Source of the DNA: Candidatus Omnitrophota bacterium
Lineage (GTDB): Bacteria > Omnitrophota > Gorgyraeia > Zapsychrales > Fredricksoniimonadaceae
Assembly (NCBI GenBank): GCA_903860135.1
Contig: CAIOPG010000017.1
Span: 203,364 to 267,363, forward strand
Reading direction: 5' to 3'
DNA length: 64,000 nt
The notes under the pieces were generated by a model. The model saw only the letters and a list, made by a program, of their open reading frames with translations. It was not told where the DNA came from and did no database searches. Position numbers and translations under genes: made by a program. Positions 18,858 through 26,726 of the stretch are shown here, piece after piece (position 1 is the first letter of the stretch; each line of letters begins with the position of its first letter).

Positions 18858-20627
18858 TTAAGCTCCATGTTGTTTCTCCATCTCTTTGAACATCTTGCCG
18901 ATCGTATCGTTAATCTCGACCATTTTCCGGCATGTATCGAGCAAGGCCTGAAAGATATTGCCGGGATCATCCGTTGGAAGCGTCCCTAAATAACCCTTCA
19001 GATCCATAACAACAGGCGTGTTCAAAAGTCCTTCATTGAGCGCAGCCCAATCTTTAGGCAAAGTAGACAGCGCACTTTCTTCCGCCACGTCCCACGTGCT
19101 TCCGGCTGTCCCGTTGTCGATCCTGGCCTTCACCTCATTGTAAGAACCCATGATGATGCCTTTATCAGGAATATCGTCGATGATCGCCAGCGCAACGGCA
19201 AGCGTTTGACGGGCGCCCTCGACATCTCTTGCCTGAGATTGTGCTTCTGCAATCTCCTGCTTGGCGAGACTGGCTTGAAAGGGCGAACCTTGGATGCTGT
19301 CCGCTGTTCTCAACGCGGCTTCAATGTCCCCGGCGCGGGCCAGCCCTAAAGAAAGATATTGTTTGGCAATGGCTTTAAAATTGGGCTCCGTCGAATCTGG
19401 CATGCCATCAGCGATCACAACGCCATCAGCAAGAGTTTGTAACGCTCCCGCAAGGTCCCCCGCCTTCGTCTGCTCGCGCGCAACCCAATTCTTGGCCGTA
19501 CTTTTCGTGAAAAGATCATGGATGGCATCAACGGTATGAAGCGCCAGCTTTACATCCCCTGCCTTAGCCTGCGCCTCGGCAATGGAACGCAACAAACTGT
19601 CCTTGGTCGTGGCATCCCCGATCAGTTCGAGCGTTCGTAACGCAGCGGCAAAATCACCCCGTTTGAGCTGCGCTTGCGCGACCTTTTCTTTCGCAGAGCT
19701 TTTCGAACTGTACTCATCTTCCTGGATGTTATCGACGGTTTTAAATGCCGCCGCGTCATTTCCGGCCCTGGCCCAGAGATCCGCGACATTCACCAGATCG
19801 AAATATCTTGAATGCGCGTCCATGCCCTGGTTGGCAATTTTTTCGACGAGCGCAATGAAACGGGACAGGGCTCGCTCGCGAAGTTGCCGGATCTGTTCTT
19901 TGATGATTAACGCCCGAGAGGAATCAGGATCAGCGGCCAAATACGCGCCATACCACGCCATAGCCCTGAACTCCCTTCCCGGGATCCTTGATTCTGCCAG
20001 GCCAAGGTTATAGTCAATGTCCGCGTCATCCGGCGCGATCTTGCGCGCTTCTTCAAAGTTCAGGATGGCGGATAGATAATCTTTTTGTTTCGCCGCCACA
20101 TAACCCTTATTCATAGTGGCGTTCACGGCCTCTTGCTGGGAGGGGGCAAGATCAAGAAGATACAACCCGTCTGGAAACTCCATATCCAGAATAAACCGGC
20201 AAACAGTGGCCGCTGACTCCATCCGCACCGCTTCATCTGAATCCACCGAACCGGCATCCATGTCAAACCTGATGGTGTTGCCATTCTGCCAGGTCATATT
20301 TACGACCCGCTCACCCTGCGGATCCTTGGGATCAATGGTCGACGCGCTGATAGCTGCTACGTGCAAAGAATCCAATATAGCCAATATTCTCCTGGCTCGG
20401 GTCGAGCCCTCCCAGACCTCTCCTTCTTTCTGCCGGTGATCCATATAAAGCGCCCGCAGCGTGGAATATTCCGGTGTCTCCTCCATGATCCGCGTTACCG
20501 TAACGGCCAGGGGCCCAAACTTGTCGGCAGGTTGATCTGTCTGTGCCCAGGAAGGAATGCTAGTGGCAGAAGAAATAATGATAAATAATAAAGTGTTCCG
20601 GAAAGACCGGCTTAAAGGCAAACTCAT
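18858..20627 (-). CDS. Exported TPR/alpha-solenoid protein
   Basis: Signal peptide, TPR (DYNLGLA), repeated IAEAQAKAGD helical units. Confidence 0.8.
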   Translation of the reverse strand: MSLPLSRSFRNTLLFIIISSATSIPSWAQTDQPADKFGPLAVTVTRIMEETPEYSTLRALYMDHRQKEGEVWEGSTRARRILAILDSLHVAAISASTIDPKDPQGERVVNMTWQNGNTIRFDMDAGSVDSDEAVRMESAATVCRFILDMEFPDGLYLLDLAPSQQEAVNATMNKGYVAAKQKDYLSAILNFEEARKIAPDDADIDYNLGLAESRIPGREFRAMAWYGAYLAADPDSSRALIIKEQIRQLRERALSRFIALVEKIANQGMDAHSRYFDLVNVADLWARAGNDAAAFKTVDNIQEDEYSSKSSAKEKVAQAQLKRGDFAAALRTLELIGDATTKDSLLRSIAEAQAKAGDVKLALHTVDAIHDLFTKSTAKNWVAREQTKAGDLAGALQTLADGVVIADGMPDSTEPNFKAIAKQYLSLGLARAGDIEAALRTADSIQGSPFQASLAKQEIAEAQSQARDVEGARQTLAVALAIIDDIPDKGIIMGSYNEVKARIDNGTAGSTWDVAEESALSTLPKDWAALNEGLLNTPVVMDLKGYLGTLPTDDPGNIFQALLDTCRKMVEINDTIGKMFKEMEKQHGA

Positions 20628-21655
20628 TCGGCTCCCGTTGGACTTAGAAATTCTATAACAGTTTTCTCATCAGGCGTCACTGTAACGCCGTTCTCTTTAA
20701 GCAACATCCTGAGTTCTTTTTCGTTGAGATAAAGCCTTTGCTGCACACCTGCTTCATTGGAGTCGATCATCTCATACCAGGTCCCGCCTTCATGCTGAAA
20801 TGTCTTTGTCAGAACAACTTCATGCCCATCCTTCATCGCCCCATCATAAGGGACAAAATTCACCATCACCGGCCGGCCGCTTTCTAACGTCTTAACAAAT
20901 TCCCCGCTTGGCACGATCCTGACTTCCCCTAAAGCTTCCGCAACCAGGATCACCTCGCCGCCATTGAGCCCGCCCTTTTCAATGGTCTGCTGCACATCCC
21001 GACGCGCATCAACAGAGCGCCACGTGGCATCTTTAATAAATTCTGCCGCCCTGGCAGCGGCCACGCCGTATGGCACACCCGCCGCATTTGCCAAAGAAAA
21101 GACCGCACAGTCCTGATAGTTCGTCTGTCCACCGGCACCAGGCATCCCGGGCCCCTTTCCTTGAGATGCTTCCCACGCAAAGACGTCGTTATCACGGCGG
21201 GCTTGCACATCCTTCCAGATCAGCTGAACATCATCACGGCTTGCGTCATCGCCATCGCCTTTAAGCGTGTTCAACGCGGTCACGGCACGATCCTTTTCCT
21301 TATCCTGCCACGGCAAGGTTTTAACATGCGCTATCATGGCATCCCGAACCCACTTCTCCGCAGCATCAAGCACGTCCTTATTAAAAGCGAGGACCACAAC
21401 AATATAATTTGCCCGCTGGGTCTGAATGGCGTCAAACTCTTTATCCGTCTGATTTTCCGTAGTCTTGGCCGAGAACGCATCTGCAACGGCCTTAAAAGCT
21501 GCATACGCGCTATCAAGGGTCAGCGCTTGCTGATCAAACTGAATTTTGTCTGCAGCGGTTAGGGTAAAAGGAACATCTTCCCGGACGGGTATCAGATCTT
21601 CGGCGTAAGCTGTGGCACAAGACATGATCAAAAGCGCTGTTATAAAAGCTTTCAT
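20624..21655 (-). CDS. Exported protein with papain-like (C39-like) Cys-His-Asp motif
   Basis: QTNYQDCAVFSLAN...GHEVVL...IDSN; signal peptide. Confidence 0.65.
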   Translation of the reverse strand: MKAFITALLIMSCATAYAEDLIPVREDVPFTLTAADKIQFDQQALTLDSAYAAFKAVADAFSAKTTENQTDKEFDAIQTQRANYIVVVLAFNKDVLDAAEKWVRDAMIAHVKTLPWQDKEKDRAVTALNTLKGDGDDASRDDVQLIWKDVQARRDNDVFAWEASQGKGPGMPGAGGQTNYQDCAVFSLANAAGVPYGVAAARAAEFIKDATWRSVDARRDVQQTIEKGGLNGGEVILVAEALGEVRIVPSGEFVKTLESGRPVMVNFVPYDGAMKDGHEVVLTKTFQHEGGTWYEMIDSNEAGVQQRLYLNEKELRMLLKENGVTVTPDEKTVIEFLSPTGAE

Positions 21656-21665
21656 GGGATATCCT

Positions 21666-22694
21666 CTAGTTTCTCTTCTTTTCAGTACTGATCACCCGAT
21701 GCAACACCTTGATCTTCTCTTCTTTCTTATAAACATCAAATAACTTTTCTTCTTTGATCTTATTTTGCGCGTCGATCGCGCTGGTGAGATCCTGCACAAC
21801 AGCAGAATCCTTAGCGACGATTCGTTCTGAAGTAAGCTTAGCGATCGCCTTATCAATAACGGCCTGCTCGGTCTTTAAATCGGCAAGCTCAGCCGTGGCC
21901 TTGAGCATGCGCGGGTCCGTGCTGGCCACATCTTTCGGTGGAGCAACTGTCACGGTCCCCATCAGCCGCCGATCGTTATCAAATCCTTGACGAGCTTGTT
22001 CGCTGATCGCCTCAAGGTCATTGGGATCACCAAATTCCAGAACCCCAGGTGCCTTGACAACCGTTCCTGCCGTTGCAGGACCTGTATCCAAATTGGCAGT
22101 AAATTCACGGATACGCGCATTGATCTTTGTTACGGCCGCAATGTCTTCTTTTTCCCGCACCCGCGCATTTGCTTCAGCCGCCTTACGCTCGCGCGCTTCA
22201 CGGGCAGGGCGTTCACGCTCTGCTTTCTCAGCAGCTTCAACACTTTCCACATGACGGAGATTCTCATCTGTAAAAGCCTTGGGCTCCATGCTGATCGCAT
22301 GACGTAATTCAGCGGCAGTTTTAGCCTCTGTCCATGCGATCACTGCTTTCGCTGACGAGATCCATCTGCGTAAAGTGGGCCCATCAGCAACCTTTTGCCG
22401 CTCTTGGCAAAGCCGTAAATATTCACGGAAATCTTTTCTAGCCCATACCGCTTGCACCTGTTCATCAAAAGCCCTGGCAATCGCATTTAACTCCGCGACC
22501 TGCTCCGGGGAAACTTCCCACTCCTTCTCACGGCGCTGCCGTGGTTCATTATAAACAGGAGACGGACTATCATCACCGCAGTTCATGCAAACACCCGTTG
22601 GATTCTGCCAATCATTCGCCTGAACAAGAACGGAAGGAAAAAACAGCAGGCCGCCAACAATCAAAGCTACACTTCCCGATAACTTTATTTTCAT
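21666..22694 (-). CDS. Hypothetical exported coiled-coil protein
   Basis: Signal peptide, CMNC near mature N-terminus, charged helical segments. Confidence 0.75.
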   Translation of the reverse strand: MKIKLSGSVALIVGGLLFFPSVLVQANDWQNPTGVCMNCGDDSPSPVYNEPRQRREKEWEVSPEQVAELNAIARAFDEQVQAVWARKDFREYLRLCQERQKVADGPTLRRWISSAKAVIAWTEAKTAAELRHAISMEPKAFTDENLRHVESVEAAEKAERERPAREARERKAAEANARVREKEDIAAVTKINARIREFTANLDTGPATAGTVVKAPGVLEFGDPNDLEAISEQARQGFDNDRRLMGTVTVAPPKDVASTDPRMLKATAELADLKTEQAVIDKAIAKLTSERIVAKDSAVVQDLTSAIDAQNKIKEEKLFDVYKKEEKIKVLHRVISTEKKRN

Positions 22695-22879
22695 CTTTTT
22701 TCCCAGTCAATTTTAAACCCGTCAAAAAACCTTATAGGCACTATCATTTTCCAATAATTACCGACCAAATTCAATTTTATCTGCGACAGAAATCGTAATG
22801 GAAATATCTGCTTTATTGCTCTTTTCCGTAAACTGTCGTAAGAAATCGCCGCAAAGCCATAAGATAGTGCGTCCATCGG

Positions 22880-22921
22880 TCAGCCGTATGTAACTAGCAA
22901 AATTCTCTTATCTTGTTTCAT
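22880..22921 (-). pseudogene. Mini-ORF resembling the MiaB N-terminus (MKQDKRILLVTYG*)
   Basis: TYG-TGA-CCG-ATG; near-identical downstream core to the 18142 copy. Confidence 0.75.
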
Positions 22922-23097
22922 ATCAGCACTCTGTAATTTCATGGCCAAACTTAAAAATTTCTTAAACCGATGCATGGATACGGCTCTCCTCACGCATTTA
23001 ATCTTTATTCGATTCTCCTTGCCCTCCATCTTTGCTCCAGAAAAAAGTTTAACCGGGAATTTTTCTCCGGACTCATGATCTTTTGATCTGTTATTCA

Positions 23098-23676
23098 TCA
23101 AACCAGCTCAAGCCGCTGGAATCGCTCGATCAGAAGCTTGTCGAACGCTTCAGCCAATTCTTCGGGAAGGAATGACGCCGCAAGCCTTGAAGGGAACAGC
23201 TCTTTCTTACCCGCAAACTTCTCGAATCTGATCTTCTCCGGGATGCCGTTGTATTTATCCTGCTTCTCCAGGATCTGGGCAAAGTCCTCCTGGTGAACTT
23301 TCCGTCGCCCTTCCCGATCGAAACGCTTGACCACATAGGCCAGGCTCTTATCCTTCAGGTGCACCAGGCAATGCGCGGGCACATCGATCCCAATATCCTC
23401 GGCGATCGTCATGCAAAGCTCTTCGTTCTCCGGCAGATTTGCGAACGCCTGCACCTGCGGCTTAAGGATATATTGGCGACCCGCACCAGTGACTTCCAGA
23501 TGCGAATCACCTGCCCGGTCAGCCAATTTCACGGCAAGTTTGAGCTGCACGCCAGAGATCGACATCTTTCCAACCATCTCCTGAGCCTTTAAAGACACCC
23601 CGGCCAGCGTCAGGTCAATGCAAGGATCCCTGTCGATACCAAAGACTTTACGCCATAATGATCGTTCGTTCCTCAT
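23098..23676 (-). pseudogene. HipA-family kinase with internal deletion
   Basis: SISGVQLKL, YILKP, NEELCM, KRFDR, HQEDFAQ present; HxxN and YD catalytic motifs absent. Confidence 0.8.
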
Positions 23677-24004
23677 ACGGCACCACTCTCTTTCACAGTA
23701 ACAGCGCAGATCGTGCTCTCACCTGTCACCAATAAGATCCCGAATTCATCGGACGGGTCAATTTTCCTTGTCGCGCACACGATGTCCCTGTACCATCCTT
23801 CTGAATTTAACCCGGTAAAGAATGGAAAAAGTATTGTTGATTCAAAAGGCGCCTCCCGCAAAGGCAAAGAAAGAGAAACCGCCTTTCCGCTCTTGAGATA
23901 CGCGGGGTCATAGGTGAACCTGTACCCCGCGTCCGTTTCCTCAAGAACCCCGACAAGGCGGTCGTGATAAAAACATCAGCTTTTCTTTTATTGTTCCCTG
24001 CCAT
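23673..24004 (-). pseudogene. HipA N-terminal-domain (HipS-like) gene, frameshifted
   Basis: MAGNNKRKADVF then, in a shifted frame at the A5 run 23969-23973, YHDRLVGVLEETDAGYRFTYD...SLSLPLRE...PFF. Confidence 0.8.
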
Positions 24005-24194
24005 TACGCACGACCTCAAGATGGTGCCCCAAGAATTCAAGGACCACATTGACCTTGTCCAGACGCACCGTGTTCTTCCCCTGCTCGAGCTCTCTCACGA
24101 AACGGAGCCCGACACCGGCACGCTTCGCGAACTCGATCTGGTCGAGACCTGCTTTCTTTCGCAGAACCTGTATTATCTTCCCGATACTTTTCAT
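23988..24194 (-). CDS. XRE-family HTH antitoxin (HipB/y4mF-like)
   Basis: LRKKAGLDQIEFAKRAGVGLRFVRELEQGK. Confidence 0.88.
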   Translation of the reverse strand: MKSIGKIIQVLRKKAGLDQIEFAKRAGVGLRFVRELEQGKNTVRLDKVNVVLEFLGHHLEVVRNGREQ

Positions 24195-24203
24195 GATTAG
24201 AAT

Positions 24204-24296
24204 ATACACCCTAAAGGGTATAAAACAAGATTTAATATTGAAAGTCTGGAGAAACAATCATCCAAACACCATAAATACACCCTATCGGGTGTATTT
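24204..24296. promoter_or_regulatory. Two dyad operators upstream of the hipB-like gene
   Basis: AAATACACCC-TATC-GGGTGTATTT (perfect, 24273-24296) and ATACACCC-TAAA-GGGTATAA (24204-24223). Confidence 0.75.
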
Positions 24297-24331
24297 TAGA
24301 TTTTACTTCTGAGCTGTTATCTATTCAATTC

Positions 24332-24372
24332 CATACGCCCAAAGGTAAAATCTTTTCCCTCCCTTCGGCCAT
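24332..24372 (-). repeat. Degenerate most-upstream miaB-5'-like remnant
   Basis: ACC TTT GGG CGTATG equals the 16577 copy pattern (ACC TAC GGT TGAC CGTATG) lacking TGAC. Confidence 0.4.
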
Positions 24373-24419
24373 ATCAAATATCAATGATGACCGGCTCGTT
24401 AACCAATTGATAATCCTCA

Positions 24420-24977
24420 TCAAGGGCTGAACAGTTGATGAAAATCGATAGATAGGACTTCAATACTTTTAACAAGATATTGAAAAGACCCTTCAACGCT
24501 ACGGCCTTCGGTCACAACTGTGATCTGTGGTGATCCAGGGATATCATAGGGATCATCGATCCCGGTAAAATGTTTGATCTCCCCGGCCCTGGCCTTCTTG
24601 TAAAGTCCTTTAGGGTCGCGGCGCTCACACTCCGTCAACGAAGCTTCCACATAAACTTCGATAAAATTACGGCAGCTGCGCCGCACGGCCATGCGTGCGT
24701 CGTTATAGGGTGAAATGAACGAGGCCACCACGATCACCCCGTTGCGCTCGAGCAAAGAAGCGATATAACCAACACGCATGATGTGCTCATCACGGTCCTT
24801 CTTCGAGAAACCTGTCAGAGGGAATACCGCACGCACCGCATCCCCGTCAAGATGTTCGACACGAAATCCCTTGGCCTTGTAAAACGCACACAGCTTCTCG
24901 GCCAATGTGCTTTTACCGGAACCGGACAGCCCCGTTAACCACACCACAAAACCCTTGTTTTTTTCTTCTGGCATCAT
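24420..24977 (-). CDS. cysC: Adenylyl-sulfate (APS) kinase
   Basis: WLTGLSGSGKST, LDGD, RDPKGLYKKARAGEI, FTGIDDPY; TGATG coupling to tpsB. Confidence 0.95.
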   Translation of the reverse strand: MMPEEKNKGFVVWLTGLSGSGKSTLAEKLCAFYKAKGFRVEHLDGDAVRAVFPLTGFSKKDRDEHIMRVGYIASLLERNGVIVVASFISPYNDARMAVRRSCRNFIEVYVEASLTECERRDPKGLYKKARAGEIKHFTGIDDPYDIPGSPQITVVTEGRSVEGSFQYLVKSIEVLSIDFHQLFSP

Positions 24978-26677
24978 CAGAAACCCCAACGTACGGCAAG
25001 GTGGAACTGAGCCGCATGGTTGTCGGAAGGGTCATCGCCCAGCGGAAACCCTGTGTCAAAGGTGATATTGGAATCAGGGCTTAAATAAAACCTGAGACCG
25101 ATGCCAGCCCCGACCAAGGTTGTATCTTTTAACGACGACACCTGCTCTCGCTTACGATTAAAAACTCGCCCGGCATCAATGAACGTCGCCAATGAAAGCG
25201 CATCACGCCAGGTCTTGTCCTTCATGCCGACAACGTGCCAGGTCTCAGGGATAAAATAAACAGGGATACGCCATTCCTGCGACACACTAAAGCCGCTGTC
25301 GCCGGAGGCGTCGTTCTCGGGATAGCCCCTTACCGAATACATCCCCCCCAGGTTAAACTGCTCCAGAGAATTCAGGGCCGCATCGCTGAACTGCCCTGAA
25401 GCCTGCGAAATCAGCGCCATTCCCAGCGGCAAGCGCTGGATCCTCGCGAGATTGAGCGTCTCGTACACAAAACTTCCGCCGGAATCCATACGGCTGGCAA
25501 GGCTGTCATGGTGAGATGAAGATCCCATGAACCCTGCAGCACCTGTGTGCACATCAGCACCTGCAAAAGTGCGGCCGGTTGCATCATTAAACGTCACCCT
25601 CGGCCCGGCCACAAGCACCCGGTTACGGTCAAACGAAAACTTGTCCTTCAAAACGTCGGTCTTGGAATCCTTGATCTCAAAACGAACATCACCCTCCAGT
25701 CTCACCCTTGTATCTTCAACAAACGTGTGCGTCCATCCGGAGATAAAACTTATCAAATTGCCTGTCACATGCAGATCATACAAATTCTTTTGAAGACGGC
25801 TTTGCGCCCTACCCACATCCAAATGAAACACATCTCTCGTCTTGGGGATGGGCATTTCATAATGCATGGAACTCGCGTAAAGTGCCCCTGCCTCAGCCAT
25901 TGAAAATGTTGACTTAAGGCTATCCCCATGCCCGGTGAGATTATTATCAGTCAGGTGCAGGAGGTACCTGTCTCCACCGGTCAGCTTGGATCCGGTTAAA
26001 TTATACTCCAGCGACGCATGCAGCGGCTGCTGATCCTGAACTTTCATCAGAATATCGGTCGTACCAGGTTCATGTCCCGGCGCAAGGTAGGTCGTGGCAA
26101 AACGATCCGGCTGGGTGTTAATCTTGCGCAAGGCGTTCTCCAGATCCCCCATTTCAAAATGATCGCCACTGTTGAGTCCCAAGGCATTCCGGTACAGGCT
26201 TTTGCTAAACCAGCGCTCCCCCTCAACAGACACCTTACCGACGCGCACTTCGAGGATATGGATCGATACCACCCCGTCTACGACCTTCTGGGGTGGAATA
26301 TAAGCCCGGCTTGTTGTATACCCATGCTTATGGTAAAGAATAGTGATGCGATCAGCGAATTTCTGAAGATCGGCCAAGGACATCATCGTCCCTTCAAGTT
26401 GATGTGCCTCGGCCAGTAAATCATCGGACTTAAAAAGCCCGTTCCCCTCAATGACGATTTTCTTGACCAGAAATTGAATACCTTCCGCCACAACCTTCTT
26501 CTCTTCTTTCTTTTCTATGACAACTTTCTTCGAAGGCTGTACGGAGGCCTTATTCGCGCGCTCCAAAGGATTGGTCTGGGTGGTCAATTGACGCTGAACG
26601 ACTTCATTGACAGGTTGGGCAAAGACAAAAGCTGTCTGTACCAAGCATACACACAACAAAATTATGGATATTCGCAT
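24977..26677 (-). CDS. ShlB/FhaC-family two-partner secretion transporter (TpsB)
   Basis: Signal peptide, POTRA (GYTTSRAYIPPQ), LGGMYSVRGY loop motif, C-terminal Phe. Confidence 0.92.
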   Translation of the reverse strand: MRISIILLCVCLVQTAFVFAQPVNEVVQRQLTTQTNPLERANKASVQPSKKVVIEKKEEKKVVAEGIQFLVKKIVIEGNGLFKSDDLLAEAHQLEGTMMSLADLQKFADRITILYHKHGYTTSRAYIPPQKVVDGVVSIHILEVRVGKVSVEGERWFSKSLYRNALGLNSGDHFEMGDLENALRKINTQPDRFATTYLAPGHEPGTTDILMKVQDQQPLHASLEYNLTGSKLTGGDRYLLHLTDNNLTGHGDSLKSTFSMAEAGALYASSMHYEMPIPKTRDVFHLDVGRAQSRLQKNLYDLHVTGNLISFISGWTHTFVEDTRVRLEGDVRFEIKDSKTDVLKDKFSFDRNRVLVAGPRVTFNDATGRTFAGADVHTGAAGFMGSSSHHDSLASRMDSGGSFVYETLNLARIQRLPLGMALISQASGQFSDAALNSLEQFNLGGMYSVRGYPENDASGDSGFSVSQEWRIPVYFIPETWHVVGMKDKTWRDALSLATFIDAGRVFNRKREQVSSLKDTTLVGAGIGLRFYLSPDSNITFDTGFPLGDDPSDNHAAQFHLAVRWGF

Positions 26678-26726
26678 ACTGACCTTTTTAAGTTTAACCA
26701 GAATAGTACCACTTCAAACCCCAAGA

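Noticed and set aside
15100-22921. CRISPR array interpretation of the ~39-bp repeat
   Set aside because: Copies are kilobases apart with genes between them; no cas genes
22880-23101. 73-aa ORF as a real gene
   Set aside because: Only the last 13 codons are interpretable (MiaB-like); the rest is AT-rich intergenic sequence
14400-24400. Classical integron with attC sites
   Set aside because: No intI and no RYYYAAC...GTTRRRY attC structures seen; the repeats are miaB-like instead
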